NCBI RefSeq assembly: GCF_001194135.2
Contig: NC_069006.1
Coordinates: forward strand, 21,960,621-22,024,620
Direction of reading: 5' to 3'
Source of the DNA: Octopus bimaculoides
Taxonomy: Eukaryota
DNA: 64,000 nucleotides
Of this stretch, positions 25,700-39,975 are shown in pieces. The translations under genes and the position numbers were made by a program. Every line of letters starts with the position of its first letter. Within the stretch, counting starts at the first letter, position 1. Under the pieces are notes generated by a model. That model saw only the letters and a list, made by a program, of their open reading frames with translations. It searched no databases and was not told the DNA's origin.

Positions 25700-27505
25700 T
25701 GCATATACACATACACAATTTATACTTTGTATTTTAAAAGCTTTTCTCTTCTAATGTAATTTCTTTGATTTTGAAGAATTTAGATATCAGAATGAATTGT
25801 TGGGACAAGTACTAAAGTGAAATAATGATTTCTTACAAGGAATATATTGGAATTGCAGCAGGGAGTGTATGGAGGAAATAAATAAATAAAACTATGGAAG
25901 TTGTGACATTCATGGCTTTCTTTAGCTTCTTCCTTGATTGGAGAAGTGGATTGAGGGTTACACCAAATGAGTAACAAGTGAAGAATAATATAAAGAGAAC
26001 AAATAAAGTCTGATGGAAAAACATAGATTATTAAAAACAACATATTGTTCTCTCTTACGGGAGTCAATCTGGAGAGCAGCAGCATTGGTAACAACAGTAA
26101 CAACATCATCATTATGATGATGAGAGGGTATTAAAAATGGGGTATGACAGTTCTAAGATGTAGCTTAGAGAGAAAACTCTAGTGAAATATAGCAGGAAGG
26201 GTTGATGCTGAAAAGGAAGTGGTTCCAGGGAAAGTGGGAGTGGTAACCGGCAGCACAAAAGGGAATGAAATATATGTAGATTTTGCACTCACATGATTAT
26301 AGAAGCTGAATAGTGATGTAGTTAGAAAACTGATACGGAGAGATGGGTGTCAAGAAGATATGATATCTACTTTGTATTATATTATACTTATTTATCGTGT
26401 ATTTACTTATTACTCTTTCTATATGTGACTGTGGATTTTCATGGATTAGTTCATGAACTTTGGTTCTTTTCTCTAAACCTATATATTTATATACATATAT
26501 ATATATATATAAATATTATGTATATACACATATATTATACAAATATATATTATATATACATATATATATATATACATANNNNNNNNNNNNNNNNNNNNNN
26601 NNNNNNNNNNNNNNNNNNNNNNNNNNNNNNNNNNNNNNNNNNNNNNNNNNNNNNNNNNNNNNNNNNNNNNNNNNNNNNNNNNNNNNNNNNNNNNNNNNNN
26701 NNNNNNNNNNNNNNNNNNNNNNNNNNNNNNNNNNNNNNNNNNNNNNNNNNNNNNNNNNNNNNNNNNNNNNNNNNNNNNNNNNNNNNNNNNNNNNNNNNNN
26801 NNNNNNNNNNNNNNNNNNNNNNNNNNNNNNNNNNNNNNNNNNNNNNNNNNNNNNNNNNNNNNNNNNNNNNNNNNNNNNNNNNNNNNNNNNNNNNNNNNNN
26901 NNNNNNNNNNNNNNNNNNNNNNNNNNNNNNNNNNNNNNNNNNNNNNNNNNNNNNNNNNNNNNNNNNNNNNNNNNNNNNNNNNNNNTATATATATATATAT
27001 ATGAGCATACCCATATGAAGCAAACCTATGGTAAAAAAACAATCAAGTCATGACCATGTATCTTCATTTTATATTTTCTTGAATAGTGTATTGGCCCTTC
27101 ATGAACTACATTATCCAATTATCTTCATTTTACTAATGCAGTAGGGTGGTGTGCTTTGAAGGAAATTTAGCAGCTATTTCTGGAAGCTTGGGTGACCGTG
27201 TAGCAAATCCCTTGTTGGTGCATTGAAAGACAAATGGGATTTTAAACTGATAGAGATGGTAGCGTGATGATACTCATCATGATGATTTTGATAACTGTAG
27301 TGATGACGGCACTGCTGTTGTTCCTAATGACAATGATGATGATGATGATGATTTAGAACTTATTGATTTCAAAATGCAATTAGAATAATCAGATATCGAT
27401 ACGAAACTGATTTCTTTTTAAAAAAAATTTTCTTTTTCTTTATAAAGTTAAAATACATTTGATTGATGACAGAACAATTCAATTAGATTTGAGCAAAGAT
27501 TTTTT

Positions 27506-27556
<51 letters not shown>

Positions 27557-28029
27557 ATAAACTATTATTATTATTATTATATTCAGCAGCAGTAATTCAG
27601 TACCAAAACACACAAACAGACAAAAATCCAGTTTCCACTCATACATAAATAAGTTTGTCTAACATTCAACAGGCATTAGGCAAAGATATATTATTTGAAA
27701 TCATGAATGTCAGAGTAATGTAATTATTAAAGTTCCCAAAATAGATAAGATATTGATATTACATCACTTCTGTATTTAGCAGTGGAATAAAATTATTAAA
27801 AAAAATTATCAGAAACAAGACTAGATGAAATATGGAATATTATCCCTGCCCCAAAACAACCCTCACTTAACATAATGGTGGTGTGGGGAGTTGGGATAAA
27901 TCCTTCAAGTAACATGTGTTTTCGATGCTGACATGTGTCAGATGATTTGACAGGATGCAGCAAGACACATTTCAAATACTACCCCCACTTAGCCTTAGCC
28001 AAAGGAGCTTTTCCCTTTCTCTTTTCCCT

Positions 28030-28262
28030 TTCAGGTTCTCTTCTTATCCTGCAAGTTATTTGGTGACCTCACTAATGTTGGTGCCACATAAAAAGCACCC
28101 AGTCCACTCTGTAAAGAAGTGGTCGGCATAAGGAAGGACATCCAGCTGTAAAAACCTTACAAAAGCTGACATTGCAGCATGACAGAGTCCTGTGTCTTGC
28201 TGTATCCAGTCAAATCGTCTGAGCCATGCCAGCATGGGAAAACAGATGTTACTTGATAATGA
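28030..28262 (+). mobile_element. Family C retroposon 3' end
   Basis: ggtgccacataaaaagcacc...ggcataaggaaggacatccagctgtaaaaac...cagcatggga. Confidence 0.8.
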
Positions 28263-28909
28263 AGGCTTTTTCCCTATTCTCCACCCCAACCAAAGTAAAC
28301 AAAATGCTCTGTATCAAGAAAATCTTTCACCTTCCAACCAATCCTTATCTTTTCTGCTTTAAACCAAATTATACTAACCATTGTACTATTTTTCTACATT
28401 GGCAGTAAATTCAGTAAGAACCATTTGATTTCTGGTATAAGCATAAGGCTACAAATTTGGGGAAAGGGTGCAGTCACTTGGATTGGTCCTCTACACATTT
28501 TAAAGTACAAATTAAAATAAACTTGAAGCATGCTTTAATGCACTAAAAAAAATCTTTTCCTTGAATATGCGCTGCTGAAATTGGGGTGCATCTAATATGG
28601 CCATGTATTTTTTATGCTACCAAATACAATTATTATTATTATTAAGACATAAAAATGGATCACTTACAGCTACCTGGTTACCCTGGGTTGTGGCTGGATG
28701 CATATTAATTGCATTCAGTGTTGGAGAGTTCATTTGATGACTGTTCATTGTTGGTTCTGGACTGTATGGAGATGCCTGTAAATAACAACATTAAACTTAA
28801 ATAATGGGAAACAAATATAACTAAATGACATCATCAAAGTTATAAAACCACTGAAATTGGATTGGGGTTGGGTAATGACTGAAACAGTATGATCATGAAT
28901 AGAAATAGC

Positions 28910-29100
28910 TGAGACAGGGTTCCTAACTCAGAGATCAGAAAGTCTCCAGGTCAAGCCACTACTTCTCTGCATTGAGTGGTCACAGTTCTGGTACTATGGA
29001 CATGGGATTAGAATGTTGCAGGAAAAATTCTTCAAGCCAAGCCAACTGGCAGGCAACCTAGAGGTAAACTAAAAGCTGTGTCACTGACTAAGCCACAGTA
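28910..29100 (+). pseudogene. RTE-clade LINE ORF C-terminal relic
   Basis: DRVPNSEIRK/LQVKPLLLCIEWSQFWYYG/GIRMLQEK/KPTGRQPRG matches RTE 'V.NEEIR...LRW.GHV.RM...GKRPRGRP'. Confidence 0.75.
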
Positions 29101-29227
29101 GGGTAACAAAAATGTTGACACATAAAGAAATAAAAGAAGAGTGCATGTAACAGTTTTTTCTGTTTTTGTAGATAGTTACATTGAGTGTTCTAAGATGTGA
29201 TCAAATCGTACTGTTGTTACATGATTT

Positions 29228-29372
29228 AAGCTGAGCCAACTGGTAGGAGTATGGAGATAGTTGGATCATATCCATAGTTTCAGTTGGTTATTCTTGGGAA
29301 CCCAGCAAAAAAGTCTAATGACAATTGCTTCTGAAAAGACCCTGTGGAGGAGGTGCCTAAGGACGTTATCAT
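29228..29372 (+). pseudogene. Second RTE-clade ORF terminus relic
   Basis: AEPTGR then LDHIHSFSWLFLGTQQKSLMTIASEKTLWRRCLRTLS*, similar to RTE 'W.D.I......A.DR..WR'. Confidence 0.6.
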
Positions 29373-29819
29373 GAATAGTGAATGGAGAAGATGGATAGAT
29401 GGATGTCCAGAGATATTGTGACAGTAGGTGGAGGGAAAAACTGACAGACTGCATTTAAAAAAAAAACAGCAAAAGAAACAAAAGATGACAACAAACAAGA
29501 TGGAAGATTGAGTTGGATAAACTTGACAAAAATTGGTGAGTCAATATCCGAAACTGAAAGTTATAGAGAAGTAAAAGAAAGTCTTTACCTAGCTGTGAGA
29601 AAGAAATGGCTGATTTGATCAAGCAATTGATTGGAAAAAAAAAAAAAAAACACAAGGTGTGGTAGGGGAGCACTATCAAAATGTTCATAGCTGGATTAAC
29701 TATATTTCAGAGACCATATTTCTTTTACGATACGTTGCCTATGTTTTGCAATTAGTTTCTGAATATAACTTTTGAGACATTTATGAAATAATTTTTCCAT
29801 TAGAAGAAATGAGTTCAAA

Positions 29820-30590
29820 CATCAATGTGTGGTTAAGAAGCTTGACTGAGCGCCAGTTATGATACACCAGTGTTTGTCCACTCCACTGCATGATAACTGG
29901 TGTCAGTTTATGTATGTCTCCATAACTTAGCACTTCATTAAAAAAGACTGATAGAATATGTGTCAGATGTAAATATAAGAACTGGGGTAGATTTGTTTGA
30001 CTAAAACCCTTCAGAGTAGTGCTCAAGTTTGAAATGGGTATCTGTGCAGTTTCACAGTTTCCATCCATCAATTATTACTCACAAGGTATTGGGTTAGTTA
30101 GGGTATATAGTAGAAGACACATGTGCAAGGCTACCACACAGTGGGACTGAAATCTCTGATTGAAAAAAAAAAGCATTGCTGAGAAGTGAAAATTTTAACT
30201 CAACAGCCATGTCTGTGCCTATCTTTTATCATTTACTTCTTTAACTCATTTTATTGCTGCCATACTTGGGTATTGCCTTGAAGGGTTTTAGCCAAGCAAA
30301 TTGACCCCAGGACTTATATTTACATCTGATACTTATTCTGTCAGTCTCTTTTAATGAAGTATTAAGTTATGGAGACATACATAAACCAATACCAATTATC
30401 AAGCAGTGGGGCACACACACATACATATAAAATGAGCTTCTACAAAGTTTCTGTCTTCTAAATCCACCTGCAAAACATTGGTCAACCTGAGGCTATAGTA
30501 GAAGACACCCAGGGTGCAACCCAGTGGGACTGAAACTGAAACCCCATGCTTGCAATGTAAGCTTCTTAACCACAATCATGCCTGTAGCTA
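29820..30590. mobile_element. Cluster of three SINE family A copies (+, -, -)
   Basis: A + copy at 29820-30030, a - head at 30050-30220 and a - near-full copy at 30220-30590. Confidence 0.9.
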
Positions 30591-31369
30591 TCATGATTAT
30601 TTTAACATCTTCATAGTTGAAAATATATAAAATTTGCTATTTTATATTATTATTTGAACACGTGATCATAGGAACAGCAATCTAGACAGTTGACCAGTCA
30701 TTTCTTCAGGAATCTATATTATATTTAGTTGATGTCTTTATGAAACAGATTCAGATTTTTTTTTTTTACCAGACTAGGCACAAGGCCAATTTTTGTAGCT
30801 ATAGGATATAATTGATTGAATCAATCATAATATATTATTGATGATGACGTATTCTATCGATCTACACCCTCACCCTCACAGGAGGTGGGGGTGAAAAATA
30901 AAGTCAAGCTTGATGAGTTCTAAATTCAAAAACATTATGGAATACAATTCTAGAAACTATGAAGTAGAAAGTGATACTGTTGTTGTTATTTTAGCAGACT
31001 ACAACAGACTAAGTAGACAGTATGATCATAGACATCCCAACCATGACCATCTCTTGGACTTCCATTTATTAATTTTTCCTCATTTTTAAGACAGTAGCAT
31101 AAAATGTATACATGTACATGTTTTCATTTTACCAGAGTGTCAAACTAATACACTTGCTTGGTGCTAGGAGCCACCAAGAGAGATCATAGGAGTTGAAAGA
31201 TGACCAGAGAAGATAAAGTTTGGTAAAAAGATGTAAAAAACATTTATAAAAACTGAATATGCTCCAACAGCATGTGTGAGTTGGCCAAACTAATCAACAC
31301 TCTTCCCCACAGATTTTCACACACATCTGATATTTCAGGTGATGCCCTTTATCACAGAGATGAAAAAAG

Positions 31370-31710
31370 TGGTGTGTGGTGGAGTGTCGTGTGGTATTGG
31401 ATGTAGTGGTGTAAAGTGGTATGGCTGCATGGTGTAGTGTAGGGAGGTGTGGACATAACATGGGGTGGAGTATCATGGCAGTGCAATGTGGAGTGGGGTA
31501 TGATGCACTGCAGTATTGCATGATGGGACATGACAGGATGTGGGGTACTGTGGTAAGATCTGGTATGGCAAGGTGTCAGGCAATATGAGACGTGTGTAGT
31601 GGATGGAAGGAGTGTTTTTTTTTGGGGGGGGGTCTAGTGGTGGGGTGTGGCGATGATAATGTTTAGTGCAATGTGATGTTGAGGGCATGGTGAGTTGGGG
31701 TGGGGTGATA
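31370..31710. repeat. Degenerate GT-rich pentamer-like repeat (tgtgg/tgtag)
   Basis: Seen directly. Confidence 0.75.
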
Positions 31711-31783
31711 ATCAATGATTAACATGTTAAAAACAATTGAATCTGCAGGAAAAAGAAAAACAACAATTATTGGAGAGAGTGAC

Positions 31784-31815
<32 letters not shown>

Positions 31816-32055
31816 TGATTGCTTTCCATTGTGGATGGTTCATAGAAAAATAGTTTCATTGTTTCTAAGATGTAATAGAATACAGACCGGAAGTTATTGG
31901 AAAAAAATATGAAAATGATATCAAAAGGGAAAAATAAATAATTAACTTAACATACACACACAGAAAACCATGATCGTATATGCTTACATAATGTGCATAA
32001 GAACGTGTATGTGCGCATGCATATCCAAATATATGCATGTGTATGTTTGTGCGTG

Positions 32056-32129
<74 letters not shown>

Positions 32130-32145
32130 TACACANNNNNNNNNN

Positions 32146-32181
<36 letters not shown>

Positions 32182-32662
32182 TACACATATATATATACAT
32201 TTATACATATTTATGTATGCATATATAAATATACATATTTATGTATGAATATACATATATATAGATATGTACACACACACACACACATATATATATACAC
32301 GATATATATGCATGCATATATATAAATATATATGATATACACACACATATATATATATATATATATGCATAAATGTGTTTCATGCCAGCATGGAAAATGG
32401 ATGTTAAAAGATGATGACGATACATATATGTTTATACACACACCCATATATGATATATATATATATATATACACACACATGCACAAGCACATACGTTACA
32501 CACACACACACACACACACGCATACATTCAGACTCACATCATACATAAAATACTAACTTACTGACACACAAATACAAACATAAAAGTATCAAACTGATGA
32601 ACTCAATGAAAGATGAGATTGAATAATGAAATAAAACTGTAACTAAATAAATATATTGTGTA

Positions 32663-32708
<46 letters not shown>

Positions 32709-33234
32709 GGGGTAGGGTACACTGCTGATTTAAGAAGTACCAACCAGTGGAAGACAGGACAACTTCTTGAAGACAATGTACATTATGCTGATTGCATTAC
32801 TTGACAGGAACAAAACAACACATGACAGATTTAGGAGTAAATCCATATTGGTGGTGGTGGTGGGTGTCGTTTTCGTGCTTTCTTTCTTTCTTTCTTTTTT
32901 TACTTCTTTGTCTTAACAACAGAGACAAACTTCTTACTTCCGTTTTTGACAAAACAAGCGAAATGAAGGTTTTAAAAAAATGAACAAACTAATAATAATA
33001 ATGATGATGATGAGCTGGATGATTATGACAGTAGTAATAATAATGATGATACTACCACTAACAACAACAACAACAACATCATTAATGATGATGATAATTT
33101 TATTACATGCAGCAGAAAGAATGCATGAGAATTATAATTGATTTTTTTATCCACATTATTATTAATTTTATTATGATTAGTATTATTATTAAATAATTAA
33201 TTAAATAATTAATTAAACCTTGTGAATTACAAAG

Positions 33235-33276
<42 letters not shown>

Positions 33277-33904
33277 TATGTAGTTGAAATTTTTTGAAAA
33301 TCTTGACAAATAAGGGTAAAAACGTATAAAATTCGTGCTTTTGGTTTTAAAAATGAATCTTTTTCAGCTTGCTTCAGATTTTTCAAATTATGAAGAAAAT
33401 ATTTCATTGTGAGGAAGAAGAGGAGGAGGGGAGAAGAAGTAAAAAGGAAAAGAGTGCATAAAAATGAAGAAATCATGACATCACTTTTAAATATTTTATA
33501 TGTAAGATATTAAAATGAAAAATCTATAAATATAGAAAATATGATTTTTACAATTTGCTGCCTACAAAAATTAATTAATTTCTCTACTCATTCATTTAGA
33601 CAGTTACATCATTTCTCTCTCTCTTTCATATACACACCCATATACCAATGCATGTTCTTTCTCTCTCTCTCATATACACACCCATATATTAACACATGCT
33701 TGCTCTCTCTCTCTCACATGCGCACAGACAGACACATTCTCTTTCTGTATGTTTGCATTTGTTTGCCTTCACCAGTTGACAATTGGTGTTAGTTTGTTTA
33801 CAGCCTCATAAAATTAGTAGTTCAGCAAAAAAGGCTGATAGAATTAGCATCAGACTTTAAAAAAAATTCTAAATACTGAGGTTGTTTTGTTTGACTAAAC
33901 TCTT

Positions 33905-34160
33905 CAACCATGAAATTGCGGCTTTGATTCCCAGACCAGGCAGTGTGTTGCGTTCTTGAGCAAAATACTTCATTTCATGTTACTCTGCAATCAGTTCAAC
34001 ATCTGACATGTGGCACACTGTGCACCATTATATAGGCAATGTTGATTTGATGGAGGGAGTGAACTAATGTACATCACTAACATTTGATCACTATAAACAA
34101 ACCACTTGTGCAGTTTGTTCAGCAAAAGAAATTGCAGAGCTCCCATCTGTCATCTACCAC
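33905..34160 (+). mobile_element. tRNA-head SINE (ttcttgagcaa motif family)
   Basis: ttgattcccagaccaggc..gtgttgcgttcttgagcaaaatacttcatttc. A shorter copy lies at 24766-24830. Confidence 0.75.
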
Positions 34161-35469
34161 AGGAGAGACCACAATACATATGTGTGTGTGTGTGTGCATA
34201 AGTGTGTTTGTATATCGACAGTCTTCCTCATAAAGGTCAGTAAGATACTCCCAATAAAAGGTCAGTTTTTAGTACCAGTAGCCAACAATCAAGTCTCTTC
34301 CTGGTGCTTTTATGCTTACCTACTTACCTATCCTGAAGATTTTGTTTTACAGTCTCAAAGATATCATCAATCACAAGTGTGTATTTTCAGTGTAAAGGAG
34401 GGAAAATACTTCATTCAGATTTCTTCTCAATACGTTGCATCCTTGTTAAATTCCATTTTCTCATTCTATATTTCCCACCAGAGAAGTTGCCTCAATATTT
34501 TTAGAGACTACCTCTTCATCTTTTAATAAGCTACAGACCAATTTTGACAAGATTACTTGTTAATCTTTTTTTACTATTCTGATGGTCAAATTTCTCAGAT
34601 AGCTCCATGGTTGTCAATTTATGAAATCTTTTGGGCATTAAGAAGGGCATCCAGTCGTGGAAACCATGTCACAACAGACAACTGGAAAGTGGATGTTAAT
34701 TGATGATGATGATGATGATGATGATGATGCTCTTGCAGGTATTGTTGTGTGATTAAGAAGCTTGTGGTCTCGGATTCAATCTCATGGTGCGGTACCTTGG
34801 GTAAGTGTCTTCTGGGATTGTCCTGGGCAAGACAAAGCCTTATGAGCAAATTCGATAGACAAAAACTGAAAAACACCCCATCATATCTATGACAGTGTGT
34901 GAGTGAGAGTGTCTGCATGTGCGTGTGTGTGTGTGTACCCTTGTCTTGACATCATGTGATGTCTGTAAACAAGTATCACCATCATACAAGTAAAGTTGTT
35001 CATTTCCAGTCTTCTGTGAAAAAACATTTGGCCATGGGTAAATATTACCTTGCTTGGTGATAGAAAGGACATCAGGCCATAGGAAATCTGCCTCAACAAA
35101 TTTTGTTTGACTCATGCTATGCAAGCATGGAAAAGTGGATGTTAAATGATGATCTTCCTCTATTATCTCCAAATACTTTTGTCTATTTTTCAATGTTTTT
35201 GCAGTAAACATGTAGCTATTTGTTCATGTCTGATAAGTAATGCCATATAAACTGATAGTCTTACTGCAGATCAATAGTCTTTTTCTCTCCTGTTCCAAAT
35301 CCAAAAGACAGCGTGCTAATGATTCTGCCACCTTGCTGCCTTAATAATATCAATAATAATAATAATAATAATAATAATGATAATAATAAATGTGCTGTTA
35401 TTGAACTGTGGAGAGGGTGAAAAGTAGACAGCAGTGAAGTACAATTTCCAGACAATGAGTGTAGAAGTG

Positions 35470-35700
35470 AACAGAATTAGGCCAGATGTTGAACATCAAG
35501 ATGAAGAAAAAAGATTTCTTATGAATATAACAGTAGAGAGAAAAAGCTATGTTGATCCAAGCTTAATGGAGCAGCTATAGAGCCTCAAAAGCGTGTTACC
35601 TTTTGGGATTGGTGCACTTGGGATCATTTGAAACAAAAGAATATTCTGGTATGGAAAGCTGCAGATGTCAAACTTTACAGGATGTACATAGTTGGCAACA
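35470..35700 (+). pseudogene. Second R4/Dong-like RLE endonuclease relic
   Basis: One frame reads NRIRPDVEHQDEEKRFLMNIT...L*SLKSVLPFGIGALGII*, matching RPD..D....FLID and T.P.I.GALG.I motifs. Confidence 0.7.
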
Positions 35701-37105
35701 ATATTTGAATGAGTATGAGTTCAGAAAAGTGCTGCATCTGTAAGTGGTTAGAAGGAGCTGAGATGTGACACAGATAACTCAGTAGAAAGCATTTTGTCCA
35801 ATACACTAATGATTCAGCCAGGACACCACCATTTCATAAATAATACACCTTAATTACTTATATTTTGAGCTTTTCTACTTATACTTTTTATCCTGACAGC
35901 TGCTGTGGTCACTGACAGCTAAATGTGGTTAGTCTGCTTTACCACAAGGTAACCTAGTGGGAGTTGGTGTATGCTCTGTTGTCACACAGGCTGTAGGAAC
36001 GTATTTCGGGAATGTGTTCATGTGCTGTTATTTGCCTCCTGTTTTCACTTGTGAGAGTAAAATTACAGCAATTAACCCTCTTCTTATATTCAAATGTTGC
36101 CTATTGGTATAATTCTTTTGTCATGAAATAATTTAGCTGAGTGTGAAGTTTGTCTCATATTTTCATCCCATTCATATAACTAACTGAGGCATCATTATTT
36201 CTGGGCCATTTATAGCAATTACATGTCATTATTGAGTTCATAACTCCAAGAAAAGAAAAATGTACTTTATAATTTTGCTTTCTCCTACAACTTGTCAGAT
36301 TCTGCTTAGCTTTTTTTTTTCATCCTACATTATTTTTCTCTGATGTTGTTGTCATGTCCAGACATATTGTTTGTAGTACTTCTCTGCATGATGAATTCAG
36401 GTTTAAGGCAAATATTGCTACAGTTTCGAATAAAAGATTACTTCAATGAATAGTAATAGAAGAACAACCAGTTATTTAACATGGTTTATAGTTGTAGCAT
36501 TTATGTTGAAGATGGTATTCATCATAAATACAATGAATAGTCTCCCACGCTGAACAAACAGCTGCAGAAAAAGATGTTTTGAGGTGTACTTAGCAAATTT
36601 GAATCAATAAAACTGTGGTTATCAGAGATGCATTGGTGTAGAAGAAATTTGGTTGCATTATATATGTGTATTTGTACATGCATATATACATATATTTAAC
36701 ATGTAGGTCATATGTAAAACCATAGGTATCACTCACAAGCAAGTATGAGTTGGTAGTATGTACTATGCTTTTGCTAATTGTTTTAGGTGTTTATGAGAAG
36801 ACATAGACATGCTTTCATTTCTCCTATCCTGGATCCAATGGAACATCAAAAATAACTGAAAGGAGAGAGAGTTGCACCATCACTAAGCTGATACTCACTT
36901 ACACCTGAACATACCAGTGTCATGTGAAATGAAATGTCTTGGTCAAGGACCCAACACACCACCCAATTCACAAATCAAATCCATGATCCTATGATCCCAA
37001 GCACAACACCCTAACCAATGGACCAAGTGCCTTCACTTACATGTGTGTGTAAGCATGTATGTCTGTGTGTACATGTGAAAAGTGCTCATATTTTATATAT
37101 ATATG

Positions 37106-37139
<34 letters not shown>

Positions 37140-37359
37140 AAATGAGTTAAATAAACAGATAGACACTTTACCCTGATGACATGGTCCTCAGTAAAGATAT
37201 CAGAGAGTAAGTTCAAATTATTTGAGTGCTACTTTAGAGATCCAATAGCAGTAGAATCAACAAAAAAAGTACTATATATATAAAATGTTCTAACAGGGCA
37301 TTCATGTTGAGCAGGATATAAAGATTACCTTTTGGTGTTAATACTGCTTCCAGTGTGTG

Positions 37360-37402
<43 letters not shown>

Positions 37403-38689
37403 AGATGTATGTCTTTGTCTTATGGCTTTCAAGTGCTTGACAACTAGTGTTTGTTTGTTTATGTCCATGTTACTTATTGGTTCAGCAACGGACGGCCGAT
37501 GGAATAAGTACTAAATTCAAAAATAAGTATTTGTTAGACTAAAACCTACAAGGCAGAGCCGCCCCAGCTTATATATTTTTGTTGCAACATTTACATGTTC
37601 ACATTAACTATCAAACAGAGTGGTTCCAAATTCTTTTGTGCATATACACACTTTCATTCCAAAATGTCATCATCATCATCATACTTCCAATGCCACCACC
37701 ACCACTATTATTCCTTATTATCATCATTACATAATCAACATCATTATCTATTGAACACTTTGTGGCCTTAGTCTGTCCCTATGTATCGATTTCATAAAAT
37801 AAAGATGTAAACTTTCTTTTTGTTTACGTAATATCTTGTGTTTGTCTGATAGTTAAATTTAAATATTATCCTACTTTTACTCATCAGTCACAAACAAACA
37901 TTTTTATGGTCATTCAAAAACTGTTTTTTTTTCTTTTTTATCAAATCATTTGTAACCAGCCAACTTTTTTTCAGAAGTTGTGTTTTACAATAACCGGTAA
38001 TGTTTGATGTTTTGGTTATCATATTTAATCGCTATTTGTTGGAAATGAAAGCCTAATCCTGACCATTAGGTTCCAGTATGCCCTGCTTGGATATTTTGAA
38101 GATGTTGCTTTATTTTTTTGTTAAAAGCTTCATTTTAAACCACATTAAGAAAACAAGGGTGGAGGTGGTGACACATTAGATCATTGTTTCACATTAGGAG
38201 TTTAAGGATGGGCTGTGAAGATTGATAAGGGGTGGACAGACAGTCATGTTTAATGCCATTAAGATAGGTTCTTTAAACTTCTCCAACACTATGTGAAGAA
38301 GGAAGAATTTTATGGATGCAAGCTGTACTGTATTGTATTTTAGGAAGGTCGTTATGTCAATAATAAACACACTCACAGATCCCGTGTGGGAAGAAGACTG
38401 CTTCCCGACCACATGGTTCCAGGTTCAGTCCCATTGTGTGACTCCTTGGGCAAGTGCCTTGTGTTATTGTCTAGTGCTGATCATCTTTAACATCTGCTTT
38501 CCATGCTGGCATGGGTTGGCTGGTTTGACTGAAAACTGGTAAGCTGAGGAGCTGTATCGGGTTTCAACGAAACTGAAAAAAGCCTAATGTATGTGTGTGT
38601 GTCTCCACCACCACTTGACAACTGGTGTTGGTTTGTTTATGTCCCTGTAACTTTTAATCTTTTTGTTTTAAACAGAACCAGCACTGATC

Positions 38690-38860
38690 TAAATAAATCT
38701 ACATTTTACTGCCTCAGAAAACACCGCATCTTTAAAACTATCTCTAAACAATTCTCAAATTCCTAAACACCCACCAAAGAGTCTGTCTATCTGGCTCCCT
38801 TTCCTCAGCAAAAATGAAACACAAAAGCCCTACTTTCTGTTAGTTTACACTTCAGAAAAA
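38690..38860 (+). pseudogene. Possible Penelope-like ORF fragment
   Basis: RIFKTISKQFSNS*TPTKESVYLAPF resembles the post-RT VYL.LPY/F segment of Penelope-like elements. The match is short and from memory. Confidence 0.3.
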
Positions 38861-39664
38861 TTTAACGTATGAAATGAGGTGGAATAATGAGCTGCGCTAA
38901 TAATAGTAATAATAATAATAATAATAATGATGATGATGAATAACTTTACAAAAAATAAAAAAATAAAGACCCTCAAAACTCCACTCTTACTTCTATCTCT
39001 TTCTCTCTCTCTAACAAAGAAAAGCGAAAAAGGGAAAGAAAATGCTATGAAGTCAGGTCTCATTTTGAAGCATCAATCAAAAGGGAGGCGGATGCAGTAG
39101 GGCAGACTGAGTGGAAGAGGAAAGAGGAACTGAAGCAAAGATACCAGAAAAATTGCAGATATTGTTTATAGTTAAAGTTCATTATTGAAGAGTAAAGCAA
39201 TGGTTGGATGCAATTGTTTTGAATCTGTGCAACCCACTTGATCCTTGGCGAAGAATTTAGCAGTATTCACTAGGATGGAGTTGGCAAACAATAGATGCTG
39301 AGTGGGATAAGAAATCAATGTGAAACAGCAGCAAATGAATGTGTGTGTGTGTGTGTGTGTGTATGCATATAAACATCTAACTGTATGTGTACATGTATGC
39401 AAATATATATATATGCATAAAGATATATATAGTTATAAGCATAAATGTATATGTGTGTTTACGCATACACACACATATATATATACTCACAGACAGTCAG
39501 ATGTACATATGTGCCCATGTATGCATTTTGAATTTAGGTATTTATACAAAGATGTATACATTTGTAATTTGCTGTTTATAAATGTATAACATTTATGTAA
39601 GTTTGTTTACATACACATAAGTATATTCATATTATATGAGTATGTGTGTGCCTGTGTATGTATG

Positions 39665-39698
<34 letters not shown>

Positions 39699-39781
39699 AA
39701 TGTAAATAGAATAGGACTAATGAAGAGGCTAGATAGAAGAGATAAACATAAAGAGGAGCATGATGGAAACTGGGAGAGAGG

Positions 39782-39860
<79 letters not shown>

Positions 39861-39975
39861 GGGGAGAAAGGGTAACAGCAGAGAGAAGATCTAAGGAACC
39901 ACAGAAAGAAGTCAGTCAGACTGAACTAAATATTCTTCCTTTTATGAGAATTAAGTTTTGTAACAAATAACAGTT

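Noticed and set aside
28490-28800. pogo/Tigger-like subterminal motif aaattggggtgcatctaat
   Set aside because: No TIR pair or translatable transposase motif could be established.
37205-37240. LYPDDMVL resembling the LINE RT YADD motif
   Set aside because: It is only eight residues with no flanking RT motifs.
39190-39330. VKQWL...CNPLD..W...EWDK resembling a Tc1/maT C-terminus
   Set aside because: It needs a large deletion and the matches are sparse; not supportable by eye.
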